Shown here: positions 39,249 to 49,830 of the stretch, piece after piece
Layout of the letters: each line of letters opens with the position of its first letter
Numbering within the stretch: position 1 is the stretch's first letter
Assembly: GCA_038245295.1 (NCBI GenBank)
Contig: JBBRSP010000021.1
Location: 26,181 to 90,180, forward strand
Length of the DNA: 64,000 nt
From: Candidatus Binatia bacterium
GTDB lineage: Bacteria > Desulfobacterota > Binatia > HRBIN30
Direction of reading: 5' to 3'
Translations under genes and position numbers: made by a program
The notes under the pieces: generated by a model
What the model was told of the DNA's origin: nothing
The model's database searches: none
The model's input: only the letters and a program-made list of their open reading frames with translations

Positions 39249-39712
39249 TGAAGACGGAACGCATGCGATTCGTGCGTTTTGACAACCGTAAGCGCGTCCT
39301 CGACGTCGACTATGTTTCCGGTAAGTGCATCGCCATCCACTATGGTCAGCTCGGGATTGCCAAGAAGATCGACGCGGTGTGGATCGACAAGGAGACTCGG
39401 GGACGCGCCGTCGGGATCCGCCTTGCCGATGGTAGTGAGGAGTATCTGCCCTAAGACCAGCCACTCGCCTTGGCACGCGATCCGGAATACCTATTGCGCA
39501 CCCAGATCGAACGATTGCTGGCCCGCATCCGCCAGGCGCTCGCCGAAAAACACATCTCGAAGTGCTACCTGGCGCGGCAACTTGCGACGTCTGACAATCA
39601 AATTCAGCGGCTTCTCGATCCGTCGATTCTGAACAAGAACCTGGAGCAGCTCTATCGGATCGTGTTGCTGCTGGGGCTCGAACTGGAGTGGCGAATCAGC
39701 GAAGCGGCCTGA
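39249..39712 (+). pseudogene. Hypothetical protein with C-terminal HTH, interrupted by an in-frame TAA at 39452
   Basis: ORFs 39206-39454 and 39470-39712 share a frame (EEYLP*DQPLAL); C-terminus ISKCYLARQLATSDNQIQRLLDP is HTH-like. Confidence 0.55.
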
Positions 39713-39839
39713 CCCTACAGGAGCGCCGTCAAACTGAACGTGCCGCGGTGCATGTAGCGCAATGGGGGGAACCGGGTGATTCTCATCCTCCGCGCCCAGT
39801 GCCGCGGCCGACGAGGTGAACCACGCCCGCCAGACAACC

Positions 39840-41672
39840 TTATCGCGTACCGTCGAGTGCACGCTGCACGGTGCTGCGCTCGATGAACAGGCTCGATCCC
39901 TTGCGGATGTCGAGGAAGACGAGCTCGGGAACGCTGAACACGATTCCCTTGATGCCTCGTTGCAATAGGTGACTCCCGTCGAAGGGCGCGGTGGCCAGAC
40001 CGACCATGGTTGCGGCGGCACCGTACGTCAGATTTGCCAGGCCGAACAACGGCCGTGTCACTCCGGCATCCGAAGCAAACAGTAGAAACGCAGAATCATC
40101 GGAGGCGGCGCGATAGATTGTCGACGTCCACGTGTTCCCCTCGCGCAGGCGGTTCAGGACGGTGGGGTGTTCGGCTGTCGTCTCCCGGATTCTCACATCG
40201 CGATAAGAAGGATAGACACGCCGTGCGGTTGCCGTGAACCGTTGCTCGATGACCGCTGTCGAGAAGACGGGAATGAAGCTTGCGGGGCGCCAGGGCGCCA
40301 CGTCGTTGATACTCGCCGTTGTGCTGCCGTGGGACGCTGGATCTGCCTCGAAGGCAAGTGTTGTGATGAGCTCCGAGACGCAGTTCCGAGTCAGCAGGTC
40401 GTAGCCGTATTGGCCGGTCAAACGGCTCGCATAGTCACGCTGTTGGTGGATGAGCGCGCTATGGCGCTGGTCGCACACGGTCGCCGACCACGTGGGGAGG
40501 GGTAGGTCGGATACCTCGGCGCCGTGCGACGGCAGGTGCAGCCCATGAAGGATGCGCAGGGTCGCTGCGCCGGCGCGGAAGCGCTGCGCCTCCGCCAACC
40601 GAGTCGCTGCGGTTTCGAGGGCGCTATACTCGGCTTCCGCGAATGTCGGCGCCGCAAAGAATTCACGCCGCGCCGTGGCGAAGTCTTCCGCTGTTTGTCG
40701 TTCGAGCTCGTCGGCGTACTCTGCACGCAGGCCTGTCGGCACCTGGATCTGCGGCGCATCATCTGGGAACGCGTCCAGCAGCAACAACTCGCCGGCACTT
40801 GCCGAGCCTCGCAAGGCTTGCAGCCGCGCCAGCGCCAGCAGCAGCGTGGCGCCGCGGTCTGTCGTCTCGCTATGCGTCAGGCGATCGATTTGAGCCGCCA
40901 ATGTTGTTGCCGCGTTCGTCAGTGCAGATCTCTCGACGAACGTGAGTTGGGCGTCAGCCGGCTTCAGTATCACCAGTGATTGCGGGTTTAGGACTGCGCC
41001 TCGATCCAGAAGGCGCAATGCCAGCAGCGCGGCGGCGGCATCCGCATAGTCCGCGCTGGCGGCGCGATAGGGCGGCTCGTACTGATAGGGCGAGACGGTT
41101 GGTACCGTGTCGATCCTTGGAGAGAGTGCCCGCATCGATTGCTCGACCGCCGCCGCTCGTGGGCCGATGGACGTTGACTCGAATCGTGTCGGTGTTGGCT
41201 CAGTCAACACGAACAGGCCGGCGGCGTCGATTCGGCGCGTCGAGTGGTCGCTAAGCGGCGCCGCCTGGCACACCTCGTCGGTGAACCGAATGTCGGCGGC
41301 CAGCGCGTCGCGCGTCGTGAACTGTGCGTCTTCGGCAATTGCGCGGTTGGCGAAGCGATCGCGTAAGGCGCCGTCATCGCCTGCTGCTTCCACCTCGGTT
41401 TCGTGGATGGGGCGGTTGCCGAGCATCGCGTACGCGAGGTGGAAGGTGGCGAAGTCATCATGACGCAGACGGATGAAGCGGCCTGCTTCCTGCTGAAAGT
41501 GGAAAACTTCGTCGCCGAAGCGCACTGCCGCATGGCCGCCGGCCGCGTCGCCCTCGTTGGGTTCGACGTAGAGGTAGCTGAAGCGCGTTGTTGCCGCGCC
41601 GCGCGCCGCTGGGCAGATGGCGAGGAAACAACTCAGCAGCAGCGCGGCGCCGTAACGGTACGCGGAGATCAC
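39840..41672 (-). CDS. Exported hypothetical protein with separated His and Cys motifs (DUF4105/Lnb-N-like)
   Basis: Signal peptide; GGHAAVRFG and YDLLTRNCVSEL motifs. Confidence 0.6.
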   Translation of the reverse strand: MISAYRYGAALLLSCFLAICPAARGAATTRFSYLYVEPNEGDAAGGHAAVRFGDEVFHFQQEAGRFIRLRHDDFATFHLAYAMLGNRPIHETEVEAAGDDGALRDRFANRAIAEDAQFTTRDALAADIRFTDEVCQAAPLSDHSTRRIDAAGLFVLTEPTPTRFESTSIGPRAAAVEQSMRALSPRIDTVPTVSPYQYEPPYRAASADYADAAAALLALRLLDRGAVLNPQSLVILKPADAQLTFVERSALTNAATTLAAQIDRLTHSETTDRGATLLLALARLQALRGSASAGELLLLDAFPDDAPQIQVPTGLRAEYADELERQTAEDFATARREFFAAPTFAEAEYSALETAATRLAEAQRFRAGAATLRILHGLHLPSHGAEVSDLPLPTWSATVCDQRHSALIHQQRDYASRLTGQYGYDLLTRNCVSELITTLAFEADPASHGSTTASINDVAPWRPASFIPVFSTAVIEQRFTATARRVYPSYRDVRIRETTAEHPTVLNRLREGNTWTSTIYRAASDDSAFLLFASDAGVTRPLFGLANLTYGAAATMVGLATAPFDGSHLLQRGIKGIVFSVPELVFLDIRKGSSLFIERSTVQRALDGTR

Positions 41673-41686
41673 GCCACTGCGACCTT

Positions 41687-42094
41687 CTACTTCTCTTCGT
41701 CGTAGCCGCGCTGAATGTTTTCGGCCTTCTCGTGATCACCTTGGGAGAAGCCCTCCTTGTAGGCTTCGTATTGCGCCCCGGTCACTTTTCCCTTGCGCAA
41801 ACCAGCGCCGATGCCGAGGTAGGTCGTTTGATCGGACTCCCAGTTCGAGATGCCGTGACTGGCGGCGATGCGCCCGAGCCCACGCTTGAACCTCTCGAGA
41901 TCGCTACTCGAGCGCACGTAGCCGCTGGTGTAGTCGGTCACTTCACGGCGATAGGCGGAGCGATTACTCCCCGAGGAGCTACTCACCGACGTCGACGACG
42001 ATTCGAATGGGCTCGAGACGCTGGTGGCAATCGAACATCCCACCAGGGTGCTCAGGCTGAGAATGAACGCAAAGCGCAGAAGGCGAGATGTCAT
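41687..42094 (-). CDS. Putative lipoprotein
   Basis: Lipobox LVGC; Ser-rich linker; IAASHGISNWE...TY.GIGAGL. Confidence 0.7.
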   Translation of the reverse strand: MTSRLLRFAFILSLSTLVGCSIATSVSSPFESSSTSVSSSSGSNRSAYRREVTDYTSGYVRSSSDLERFKRGLGRIAASHGISNWESDQTTYLGIGAGLRKGKVTGAQYEAYKEGFSQGDHEKAENIQRGYDEEK

Positions 42095-42230
42095 GCAGGG
42101 CTCCTCTGTGCCGCAGGCTACGGGTGTTTGCCTGGAAAGACAACGCCGGTAGTTCGCGCGTAGAACCGGTCCAGCCGCGTCGCCCGACCCAGGGTCGACT
42201 CCATCGGCGGCGCGTGCTGGATTACGGCCG

Positions 42231-43244
42231 ATGGATCTGCACCGATCGCCCGTCGCCAAGGCGTTGTTTGCTCTACTGCTCCTGAACGTCATTGGCGTCG
42301 TCGGGTATGTCGTCCTTGGTCACCTGACGGTGCTCGACGCGTTGTATATGACGGTCATCACGCTCTCGACGGTGGGCTACCGCGAGGTTCCGGAAGTCAC
42401 AACCGAGATCAAGATCTTCACCATGGTGCTGCTGTACACCGGCCTCGGCCTGGCTTCGTACAGCATCGCCATCATCGCCCGCGATGTCATCGAAGGTGGC
42501 GTGCAGCGCGCCCTGGGGAGACGGAGAATGCAGCGACAGATTGCCGGTGTACACGATCACTTTATCGTCTGCGGCTATGGCCGTATGGGACGCATCGTCG
42601 CCAAAGAACTGGCGGCGAAGCCCGTGCCGTTCGTTGTCGTCGACAAACACGAGGAAGCGTTGGCACACGCGCAGAAGGACGGCTTCCTGGTGATCGTCGG
42701 TGATGCCACCGAGGATGAAGTCCTCTTGCAAGCCGGGATTAAACGCGCTCGCGGCCTGGTGGCGGCGCTGTCGAACGACTCCGACAATGTCTACGTGGTG
42801 CTCAGTGGGCGCGAGCTCAACACGAACCTGCTCATCGTGGCACGCGCCGAAGACCAGCGCAGCGAGCGCAAGCTGTTGCATGCCGGCGCCACACGTGTGG
42901 TTTCGCCTTACGTAATCGGCGGCCATCGCATGGCGCACGCGCTGCTGCGGCCGGCGGTACTCGACGTGATCGATCTGGCCTCGTCGGAGCACAGTCTCGA
43001 GCTGCAAATCGAGGAAGTATCGGTTGCCGCCGACAGCCCGGCCGCTGGTGTCAGCCTGGCCGACGCCGGTGTTACGGGAAGCCGCGATGTCATGCTAATC
43101 GGCATCAAGAAGAGGAACGGAGAAATGCTGTTCAACCCCGAGCCGAGCACATGTATTGAGGCCGGCGATCAACTGGTGTTGATGGGTCCGACCGAAAGCC
43201 TACGCGGCGTCGAACGCCGCTTGCTGCGCACTTCTCAGCCGTGA
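42231..43244 (+). CDS. Potassium channel protein with TrkA-N and TrkA-C (RCK) domains
   Basis: Pore TLSTVGY; HFIVCGYGRMG; GDATEDEVLLQAGI; C-terminal NP...IEAGDQLVLMG. Confidence 0.92.
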   Translation: MDLHRSPVAKALFALLLLNVIGVVGYVVLGHLTVLDALYMTVITLSTVGYREVPEVTTEIKIFTMVLLYTGLGLASYSIAIIARDVIEGGVQRALGRRRMQRQIAGVHDHFIVCGYGRMGRIVAKELAAKPVPFVVVDKHEEALAHAQKDGFLVIVGDATEDEVLLQAGIKRARGLVAALSNDSDNVYVVLSGRELNTNLLIVARAEDQRSERKLLHAGATRVVSPYVIGGHRMAHALLRPAVLDVIDLASSEHSLELQIEEVSVAADSPAAGVSLADAGVTGSRDVMLIGIKKRNGEMLFNPEPSTCIEAGDQLVLMGPTESLRGVERRLLRTSQP

Positions 43245-43320
43245 GCTCTGTCGCAACGTTGAAACGGCGAAGGCGACCACTCCGCAGGCTAAAGCCTGCG
43301 CCTACCTCGGTACCGGGAAG

Positions 43321-44602
43321 GATGGTGCCGGGCGACGCGGTGTGGGGCCCGGCACGCCTGGGTTTGGTGGCTGCGTGTCTCGCCCTTTCAGTGGGGCTTG
43401 CGGCATGTTCCATGGACCAGAAATGGACCTACGCCGATGTCGGCGTGCGGCCGGATCTGCTGGCGCGTGAGATCAGCCCCGAGCTCGCCCGCAAGGCAGG
43501 TCCCGAAGATGCCCCGCACGTTCCGCCGCCCGGCCATCTGCGCCCGTGTTGTGCCTTCGGAGACGATCTCCACATTGCCTTGTTGTCGACGCCGATTCCG
43601 GGCTTCGCTCTTGGCAACATCATCGACGTCGAGCAGATGGGTCCACACAATTACGACAACGGCGCCTTCGCGTTCCAGGCTAGCCGCCCTGGTGCCGCCA
43701 ATTTTACGAACGAGCACAATGGCCTGATCTATACGTGTCGCGGCGGTTTCATTGATACGGCACATGCGCGCGACTGGGCTGATTGGACTCTCTTCCTCGG
43801 TGCCACCATTGGGCGCAATCTCGAGAAAGGCGGCACCATCGAGTTGGAGCCCGAAGGTGGACTGCGGCGCTTGCACATCAAACCCGTTCCGCCGGGGCAG
43901 CTCGAAGATCACGATCGACGCGAAATCGCCGTGCCGCTGGCGCAGTGGCTGGCATTCCAGATGTCCGTCTGGCACGAGATCGCCACGTGGTATGGCTGGT
44001 CGGCGCTGGCGATGTTCCCCGAGGAGGCCTCGGCTTTCTCGCCCGAAGATCTCTATTCCAATCTTCTTGGTATCAAGCTGTCCGGCGCGCTCGTGTATCA
44101 ATACGCCGTGACGAGTGAGGCGTCGTACAACGAGAACATGGAGATGGCGCTGCGTAGTGTGGTCATTCGCCTCGGTGGCGTGCGGGCGGACCTCGGGCGG
44201 CGCGCCATGCGCTCGATTGACGGGCAGTGGTGGGATTCACGCGTCGCATTGCCGTCGAAGCGACTGGTCATGCGGCGCAATCTCGATGCCGGGACAACTC
44301 TGATGCCCTGGGTCGTGCAAGAGGCGCCGGTGAGCAATGAAGACAAGCAGCGCATCGTGGATCAGTGCGGTCCGGCGGCGCCGCTACCCTTGCGCAACCC
44401 GGATACCTGCGTCACTGGCCATCACTTCGAAGATTACGCCGAGCTCGAGATCGATGTGCAGGACTCCGTGGCGCGGCGTGGCTTTCCGTTCCCACGCGCC
44501 GACTCACATCGCATCACGCAGCGCGACTTCCCGGCGATCATCGCGGCGATCCGGGCCCAGAACGAGGAAGAGGTTGGTCCGCACGGCGATCGGCCGGATT
44601 GA
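43321..44602 (+). CDS. DUF4056-family lipoprotein
   Basis: LAAC lipobox; LRPCCAFG, GLIYTCRGGFIDTAH.RD, WHEIATWYG, SAFSPEDLYSNLLG. Confidence 0.8.
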
Positions 44603-44700
44603 GATTGTTGGACGGTAGGTCAAAGACCTCGCAAAATGAATCCGCCATACCGTCTAACACTCTTGTGCTCCGGACCGATGCCGGAATAACCTCAAGCGCG

Positions 44701-45441
44701 ATGCGGCCGCTTCATCTCATTCAGCATCATTCGAGGGCCTGGTATCAGCGCTTCACGGGTGTTGTCGGGGATCTCGAACTTTCGGTGCTGATCGCGGTGG
44801 CGCTGATCGTTGCGGGAACCTGGCTTTTCGTGGTGATCGCCGGAGTGGTGGTCGAAGGTGGTACGCAGCACATCGACGAGCGTGTGATGCAAAGCCTGCG
44901 GCGCGCCGACGACCCGGCGGTGCCAATTGGGCCGGCGTGGGTTCGCGATGCTGCCGCCGACTTCACGGCTCTGGGCGGCGGACTCATCCTGACGATGCTG
45001 TCGCTGGCTGTTGCCGGGTTCCTGCTCCTGCACCGTCGCTATGGTGCCTTCTGTTTGTTGCTCATGGCGTCGTCGGGCGGCGCCCTGGTGAACGTTGCGC
45101 TTAAACTCGCCTTCGCGCGTGGCCGCCCGACGATTGTTCCACGGTTGGTGGCTGTCTCGGATTCGAGTTTCCCAAGTGGTCATGCGATGAGCTCGGCGAC
45201 CATCTATCTATCGTTGGCTGTGTTGCTGGCTGGGGTGACGGCGAGTCGGCGCGACCGCCTCTACATTCTCAGTATCGCTCTGACCTTGACGTTCCTGGTC
45301 GGCATGAGCCGGATTGTCCTCGGGGTTCACTATCCCAGCGACGTGCTCGCTGGTTGGACCGCCGGCATCGTGTGGGCTCTGGTGTGTTGGTTGGCGATTC
45401 GCACCGCGCCGCGTGTTCTGGAGAAGGTGTCGCGTGGGTGA
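44701..45441 (+). CDS. PAP2-family phosphatase
   Basis: K...ARGRP, SFPSGHA, SRIVLGVHYPSDVLAG. Confidence 0.9.
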   Translation: MRPLHLIQHHSRAWYQRFTGVVGDLELSVLIAVALIVAGTWLFVVIAGVVVEGGTQHIDERVMQSLRRADDPAVPIGPAWVRDAAADFTALGGGLILTMLSLAVAGFLLLHRRYGAFCLLLMASSGGALVNVALKLAFARGRPTIVPRLVAVSDSSFPSGHAMSSATIYLSLAVLLAGVTASRRDRLYILSIALTLTFLVGMSRIVLGVHYPSDVLAGWTAGIVWALVCWLAIRTAPRVLEKVSRG

Positions 45442-45544
45442 GCTCGCCTTGAACAAGGCTGAGGCTTGGGCTCGGGCTTAGTACTCGGTTTCATAAGTTC
45501 GGCGACGTATTTCGCGGCTGTTTGGGAGCATTGGGCTCACGCGC

Positions 45545-45621
45545 CGCAGGCTGAAGCCTGCGCCTACCAGACTGAGTATGCACCCTAAAGCGGACCGGTA
45601 GGCGCAGGCTTTAGACTGCGG
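45545..45621. repeat. GTAG-type REP pair (related copies near 43282 and 53451)
   Basis: CGCAGGCTGAAGCCTGCGCCTACC and inverted GGTAGGCGCAGGCTTTAGACTGCG. Confidence 0.7.
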
Positions 45622-46034
45622 AGAGCGGTTGCGGATACGTCACCGTACCTGCGCCGAACAGTACTTAGGGCTCAGGTGGAAAGCATGTTGAGCAAACCTA
45701 TGGCGGTGCGTGCGTTGCGCCTGGCACACGACGCCCGACAACGTCCAGGCGCCGCGATGTGGCTCCGGTCACCTACTGATAAATTCGGTTTACCAGACAT
45801 GCGGCGGCTCGAATCGAGATCCCCGGCCGCCGATCGCGTTTGCCGGCGAGAAACCCCTTATTTTCCAAGGGGGCGCCGGCGAAATCGCCAAAAAACGTTG
45901 AGTTTGTGTGGCTAGGTAGGGTCGTCCCGGGTCGCGATCGTTGATCCTGGGGCTTCCTGTGCGTCGCAGACAGGCCTTTGCGTTTGCGATTTCGCATAGA
46001 GACGCTTCTCGAATCGAAGAGTGAAGAGTGAAAC

Positions 46035-46499
<465 letters not shown>

Positions 46500-46581
46500 C
46501 GGGCCTGAGTATCCGGCGGGCCCGGCTTCGGCAAGCTGGTGACGTTGGAGAGGCTCTCGAAAGGAACGGGCGCTAAGCATT

Positions 46582-46749
46582 CCCTCTCCCAGCTCAAATG
46601 GATGGTCGAGGCTGGGAGAGGGTTAGGGTGAGGGTTGGGTCGGCGGACTCAGCAGCCGATGCGGGCAGTCGGTGACATAGGTAACAGATGCGGGCCCTCA
46701 CCCCGACCCTCTCCCACCGTGCCCGGTTCCATTGGAGGTGGGAGAGGGA
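46582..46749. repeat. CCCTCTCCC...GGGAGAGGG palindromic REP-like elements (also 30919-30968 and 49528-49667)
   Basis: Paired hairpins with CCCTCACCCCGACCCTCTCCC / GGGAGAGGGTTAGGGTGAGGG arms repeated at three loci. Confidence 0.75.
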
Positions 46750-46829
46750 GTGTCCGGTATCCGTTTTGGATTGAGCAAGCATCACGTTTGAACCCGCCGC
46801 CGCGCGGGCTATGAGGCCACGTCACCTGC

Positions 46830-48842
46830 ATGTCGTCTCTCGCCTTTCAAATCCACGCCGTTGCTACGGGTTCACAGGCGCGTGCGGCGCGCTTCGAAAC
46901 CTTACACGGCGAAGTGCTGACGCCGGTGTTCATGCCCGTCGGCACGCAAGCGACGGTGAAAGGTTTGACACCCGAGGATCTCGAGGCGGCCGGCGCGCAT
47001 GTCTTGCTGGCCAACGCGTACCATCTGCTCTTGCGTCCGGGAGTCGAGGTCTTCGAACGCATCGGCGGCATTCACCGCTTCATGAATTGGCAGCGCTCGG
47101 TGTTGACCGACTCGGGTGGCTACCAGGTGTTTTCGCTCGCCAAGGAACGCGTCGTTACCGAAGAGGGCGCAATCTTCCGCAGCTACGTCGACGGCGCGGA
47201 GATTGTCTTGAGTCCGGAGCGCAGCATTCAGACGCAGCTGTCGATCGGCAGCGACATCATGATGGCGATGGATGTCTGCGTACCGTCGACGTCGGACTAC
47301 GAGACCGCCGCGGCGGCAATGCATCGGACGCATCGCTGGGCCGAACGCAGCCTCACGGCCCGGGGCGCGGCGCCGCCGGCGCTGTTCGGTATCGTGCAGG
47401 GGGCATGTTTCGACGACCTGCGGTGCCAAAGCGCCGACTACCTGACACGTTTGCCATTCGACGGCTTCGCGATCGGCGGGCTGGCCGTCGGCGAAGGGAA
47501 GGGCGAACGCGAACGCTGCACGGCGCTCGCGGCGTCGCTGCTGCCGCCGGATCGGCCGCGTTATCTCATGGGTGTGGGGACGCCACTCGATCTGCTCGAG
47601 GCCGTCGAGCGCGGCGTCGACATGTTCGACTGCAGCATGCCGTCGATCTTGGCCAAACAAGGTGTGGCGTTCACCTCGACGGGACGCCTCAGTCTCTATC
47701 GCGGCGTTTACAAGTTTGCCGAAGAAGCCGTGGACCCGCGCTGCCCGTGTCCAACCTGTCGCGACTATTCGCGCGCCTATCTGCATCATCTGGCCAAGAC
47801 GGGCGAACCACTCGGCTGGCATCTGCTGACCCGCCACAATCTGCGCTTTTACCACGACCTCATGAGCACGATGCGACAGCACATCCTGGCCGATACGTTT
47901 GCCGCATTTCGTGACGAGCAGCGCCCGCTTCTGGGACGCGGCGATGACGAGCGACCATCGATCATCGTGGCGCAGAGGCGCCGCCGCCGGCCTGATGCCG
48001 ATCTCGAGCGCTTCACCGTGCGACAGTCGCCGCAGGGCCATGCGAGCATCGTTCATGTTGCTTCCGGTGAGATCATGCACGCCGGTCTCGATCCGGCGGT
48101 CGAGGCGAATGCCCTCTATGTCGAACAGTCGCGTCTGCCGCAACGCCTGCGCGAGACCAGCGCCGAGCCATTGATCGTGTGGGACGTTGGCCTAGGCGCG
48201 GCGCACAATGCGATGGCGGCGATTCATGCGTATGAGCGCGCCGACCCGCCGGCGCGGCGCGCGTTGCATCTGATCAGTTTTGAGAACGACATGGCTTCGC
48301 TGCGCTTGGCATTGCGCCACGCGCCGCAGTTCCCCCACCTGCACTCGAAGGCTCCCGGGCAACTCCTGCGGTTTGGCGAGTGGCGCTCCGCCGAAGCCGA
48401 TCTCGTTTGGACCTTGCGCGAAGGCGAGTTTACCTCGCAGATGACAACCGCGCCGACGCCGGACTGCATCTTCTACGATCCATTCTCCTCGAAGACCGAT
48501 ACGGCGATGTGGACTCTCGAGTGTTTCGCCGCCGTGTTTGCCCAGTGTGCCGAACATGACACAGAGCTGTTTACCTACTCGGCGTCGACGGCGGTGCGCA
48601 CGGCCTTGTTGTTGGCGGGCTTCATCGTAGCGCGCGGTGCACCGACGGGGACGCGCGGCGAAACGACGATGGCGATGACGCCGCTGGCAGCGACGCGGGC
48701 CGAGACGCGCCGGCGGGTGCTCCTCGGGCCTGAGTGGCTTGATCGCTGGCGCCGCAGTCACGCTCGATTTCCCGGTGACGTCCCCGAAGTCGAGCAGGCG
48801 GCCCTGGCGGAGCGCCTCGCGTCGTTGGCGCAGTTCAGCTAA
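46830..48842 (+). CDS. tgt: tRNA-guanine transglycosylase fused to an MnmC-like methyltransferase domain
   Basis: TPVFMPVGT, TDSGGYQ, GIVQG, YLMGVG, DMFDC, CPCPTC...HNL; C-terminal WDVGLGAAHNA, YDPFS, TYSAS..VR.ALLLAGF. Confidence 0.88.
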   Translation: MSSLAFQIHAVATGSQARAARFETLHGEVLTPVFMPVGTQATVKGLTPEDLEAAGAHVLLANAYHLLLRPGVEVFERIGGIHRFMNWQRSVLTDSGGYQVFSLAKERVVTEEGAIFRSYVDGAEIVLSPERSIQTQLSIGSDIMMAMDVCVPSTSDYETAAAAMHRTHRWAERSLTARGAAPPALFGIVQGACFDDLRCQSADYLTRLPFDGFAIGGLAVGEGKGERERCTALAASLLPPDRPRYLMGVGTPLDLLEAVERGVDMFDCSMPSILAKQGVAFTSTGRLSLYRGVYKFAEEAVDPRCPCPTCRDYSRAYLHHLAKTGEPLGWHLLTRHNLRFYHDLMSTMRQHILADTFAAFRDEQRPLLGRGDDERPSIIVAQRRRRRPDADLERFTVRQSPQGHASIVHVASGEIMHAGLDPAVEANALYVEQSRLPQRLRETSAEPLIVWDVGLGAAHNAMAAIHAYERADPPARRALHLISFENDMASLRLALRHAPQFPHLHSKAPGQLLRFGEWRSAEADLVWTLREGEFTSQMTTAPTPDCIFYDPFSSKTDTAMWTLECFAAVFAQCAEHDTELFTYSASTAVRTALLLAGFIVARGAPTGTRGETTMAMTPLAATRAETRRRVLLGPEWLDRWRRSHARFPGDVPEVEQAALAERLASLAQFS

Positions 48843-48852
48843 GCGCGCCGCG

Positions 48853-49578
48853 GTGTCGTGGCCGAAACAACAACCCAATGGCGTGGTCTTCCGCCCGCGT
48901 GCCGCGTGTTACCGCTGCTTCAAGCCGGCGGTCGCCTGTGTCTGTGATGTGATCACGCGCGTCGTGAACCAGACGGGCGTGACTATCCTCCAGCATCCGC
49001 GCGAACGTTTTCACGCCGTCGGGACGGAGCGCATTGCGCGACTGGGACTAACCAATATTCGTGTCGAGTTACTGGCGCCGTGGAGCGACGCGGGTGAGGC
49101 GCGCAGGCTGATCCCGGACGGAGCGGCTCTTCTTTATCCGGGACCAGGAGCCCGCGACCTCGCCGGCTTGCCGCAATCCGAGCGGCCGAAGCATCTGGTG
49201 ATGATCGACGGCACGTGGTGGCAAGCCAAGAAGGTGCACGACGCGCACACCTGGTTGCACGAGTTGCCGCAAGTCAGTCTGACGCCAAGCGAGCCGAGTC
49301 GTTACCGCCTGCGCCGCGAGCCGAAGGCGACCTATGTGGCAACGATCGAGGCAATCGTCCAAGCGCTCCGGATCCTCGAACCGCAGACCCATGGGCTGGA
49401 TGGCCTCCTGCAGAGTTTTGCGGTGATGATCGAGAGGCAGGCGCAATTCCAGATCAGGCCGGCGCCCTTCGAGACGGCGCCTGAAAAGATGGCGGCTCCT
49501 GCCGATGAACATAAGCTGCCACTAGTCCCCTCTCCCAGCTCGAACGGCCCGGCAACATCTGGGAGAGGGTTAGGGTGA
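48853..49578 (+). CDS. DTW-domain protein (tRNA aminocarboxypropyltransferase-like); start approximate
   Basis: CYRCFKP..ACVC, LQHPRE, LLYPG, MIDGTWWQAKK, ATIEA. Confidence 0.85.
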   Translation: MSWPKQQPNGVVFRPRAACYRCFKPAVACVCDVITRVVNQTGVTILQHPRERFHAVGTERIARLGLTNIRVELLAPWSDAGEARRLIPDGAALLYPGPGARDLAGLPQSERPKHLVMIDGTWWQAKKVHDAHTWLHELPQVSLTPSEPSRYRLRREPKATYVATIEAIVQALRILEPQTHGLDGLLQSFAVMIERQAQFQIRPAPFETAPEKMAAPADEHKLPLVPSPSSNGPATSGRGLG

Positions 49579-49830
49579 GGGTTTGGTCTGCGTACTCAGA
49601 CGCCGATGCGGGCCCTCACCCCGACCCTCTCCCACGCTCCGTGATTCCGCTTGAGGTGGGAGAGGGGGTGCTTTAGTCCAGAAATAGAATCGGGCATCGA
49701 AGTGCATGGGCCTTCGTTCACGATCGTTAGAGTATGAACCGCTCGCCCTGAGGAGCCCGCGTCTTCTCAGGGGCCGTCTCGAAGGGCGCGCGTTGAGTAG
49801 GACCTGCCTGATTGACGTTGAAGCCCAGAA

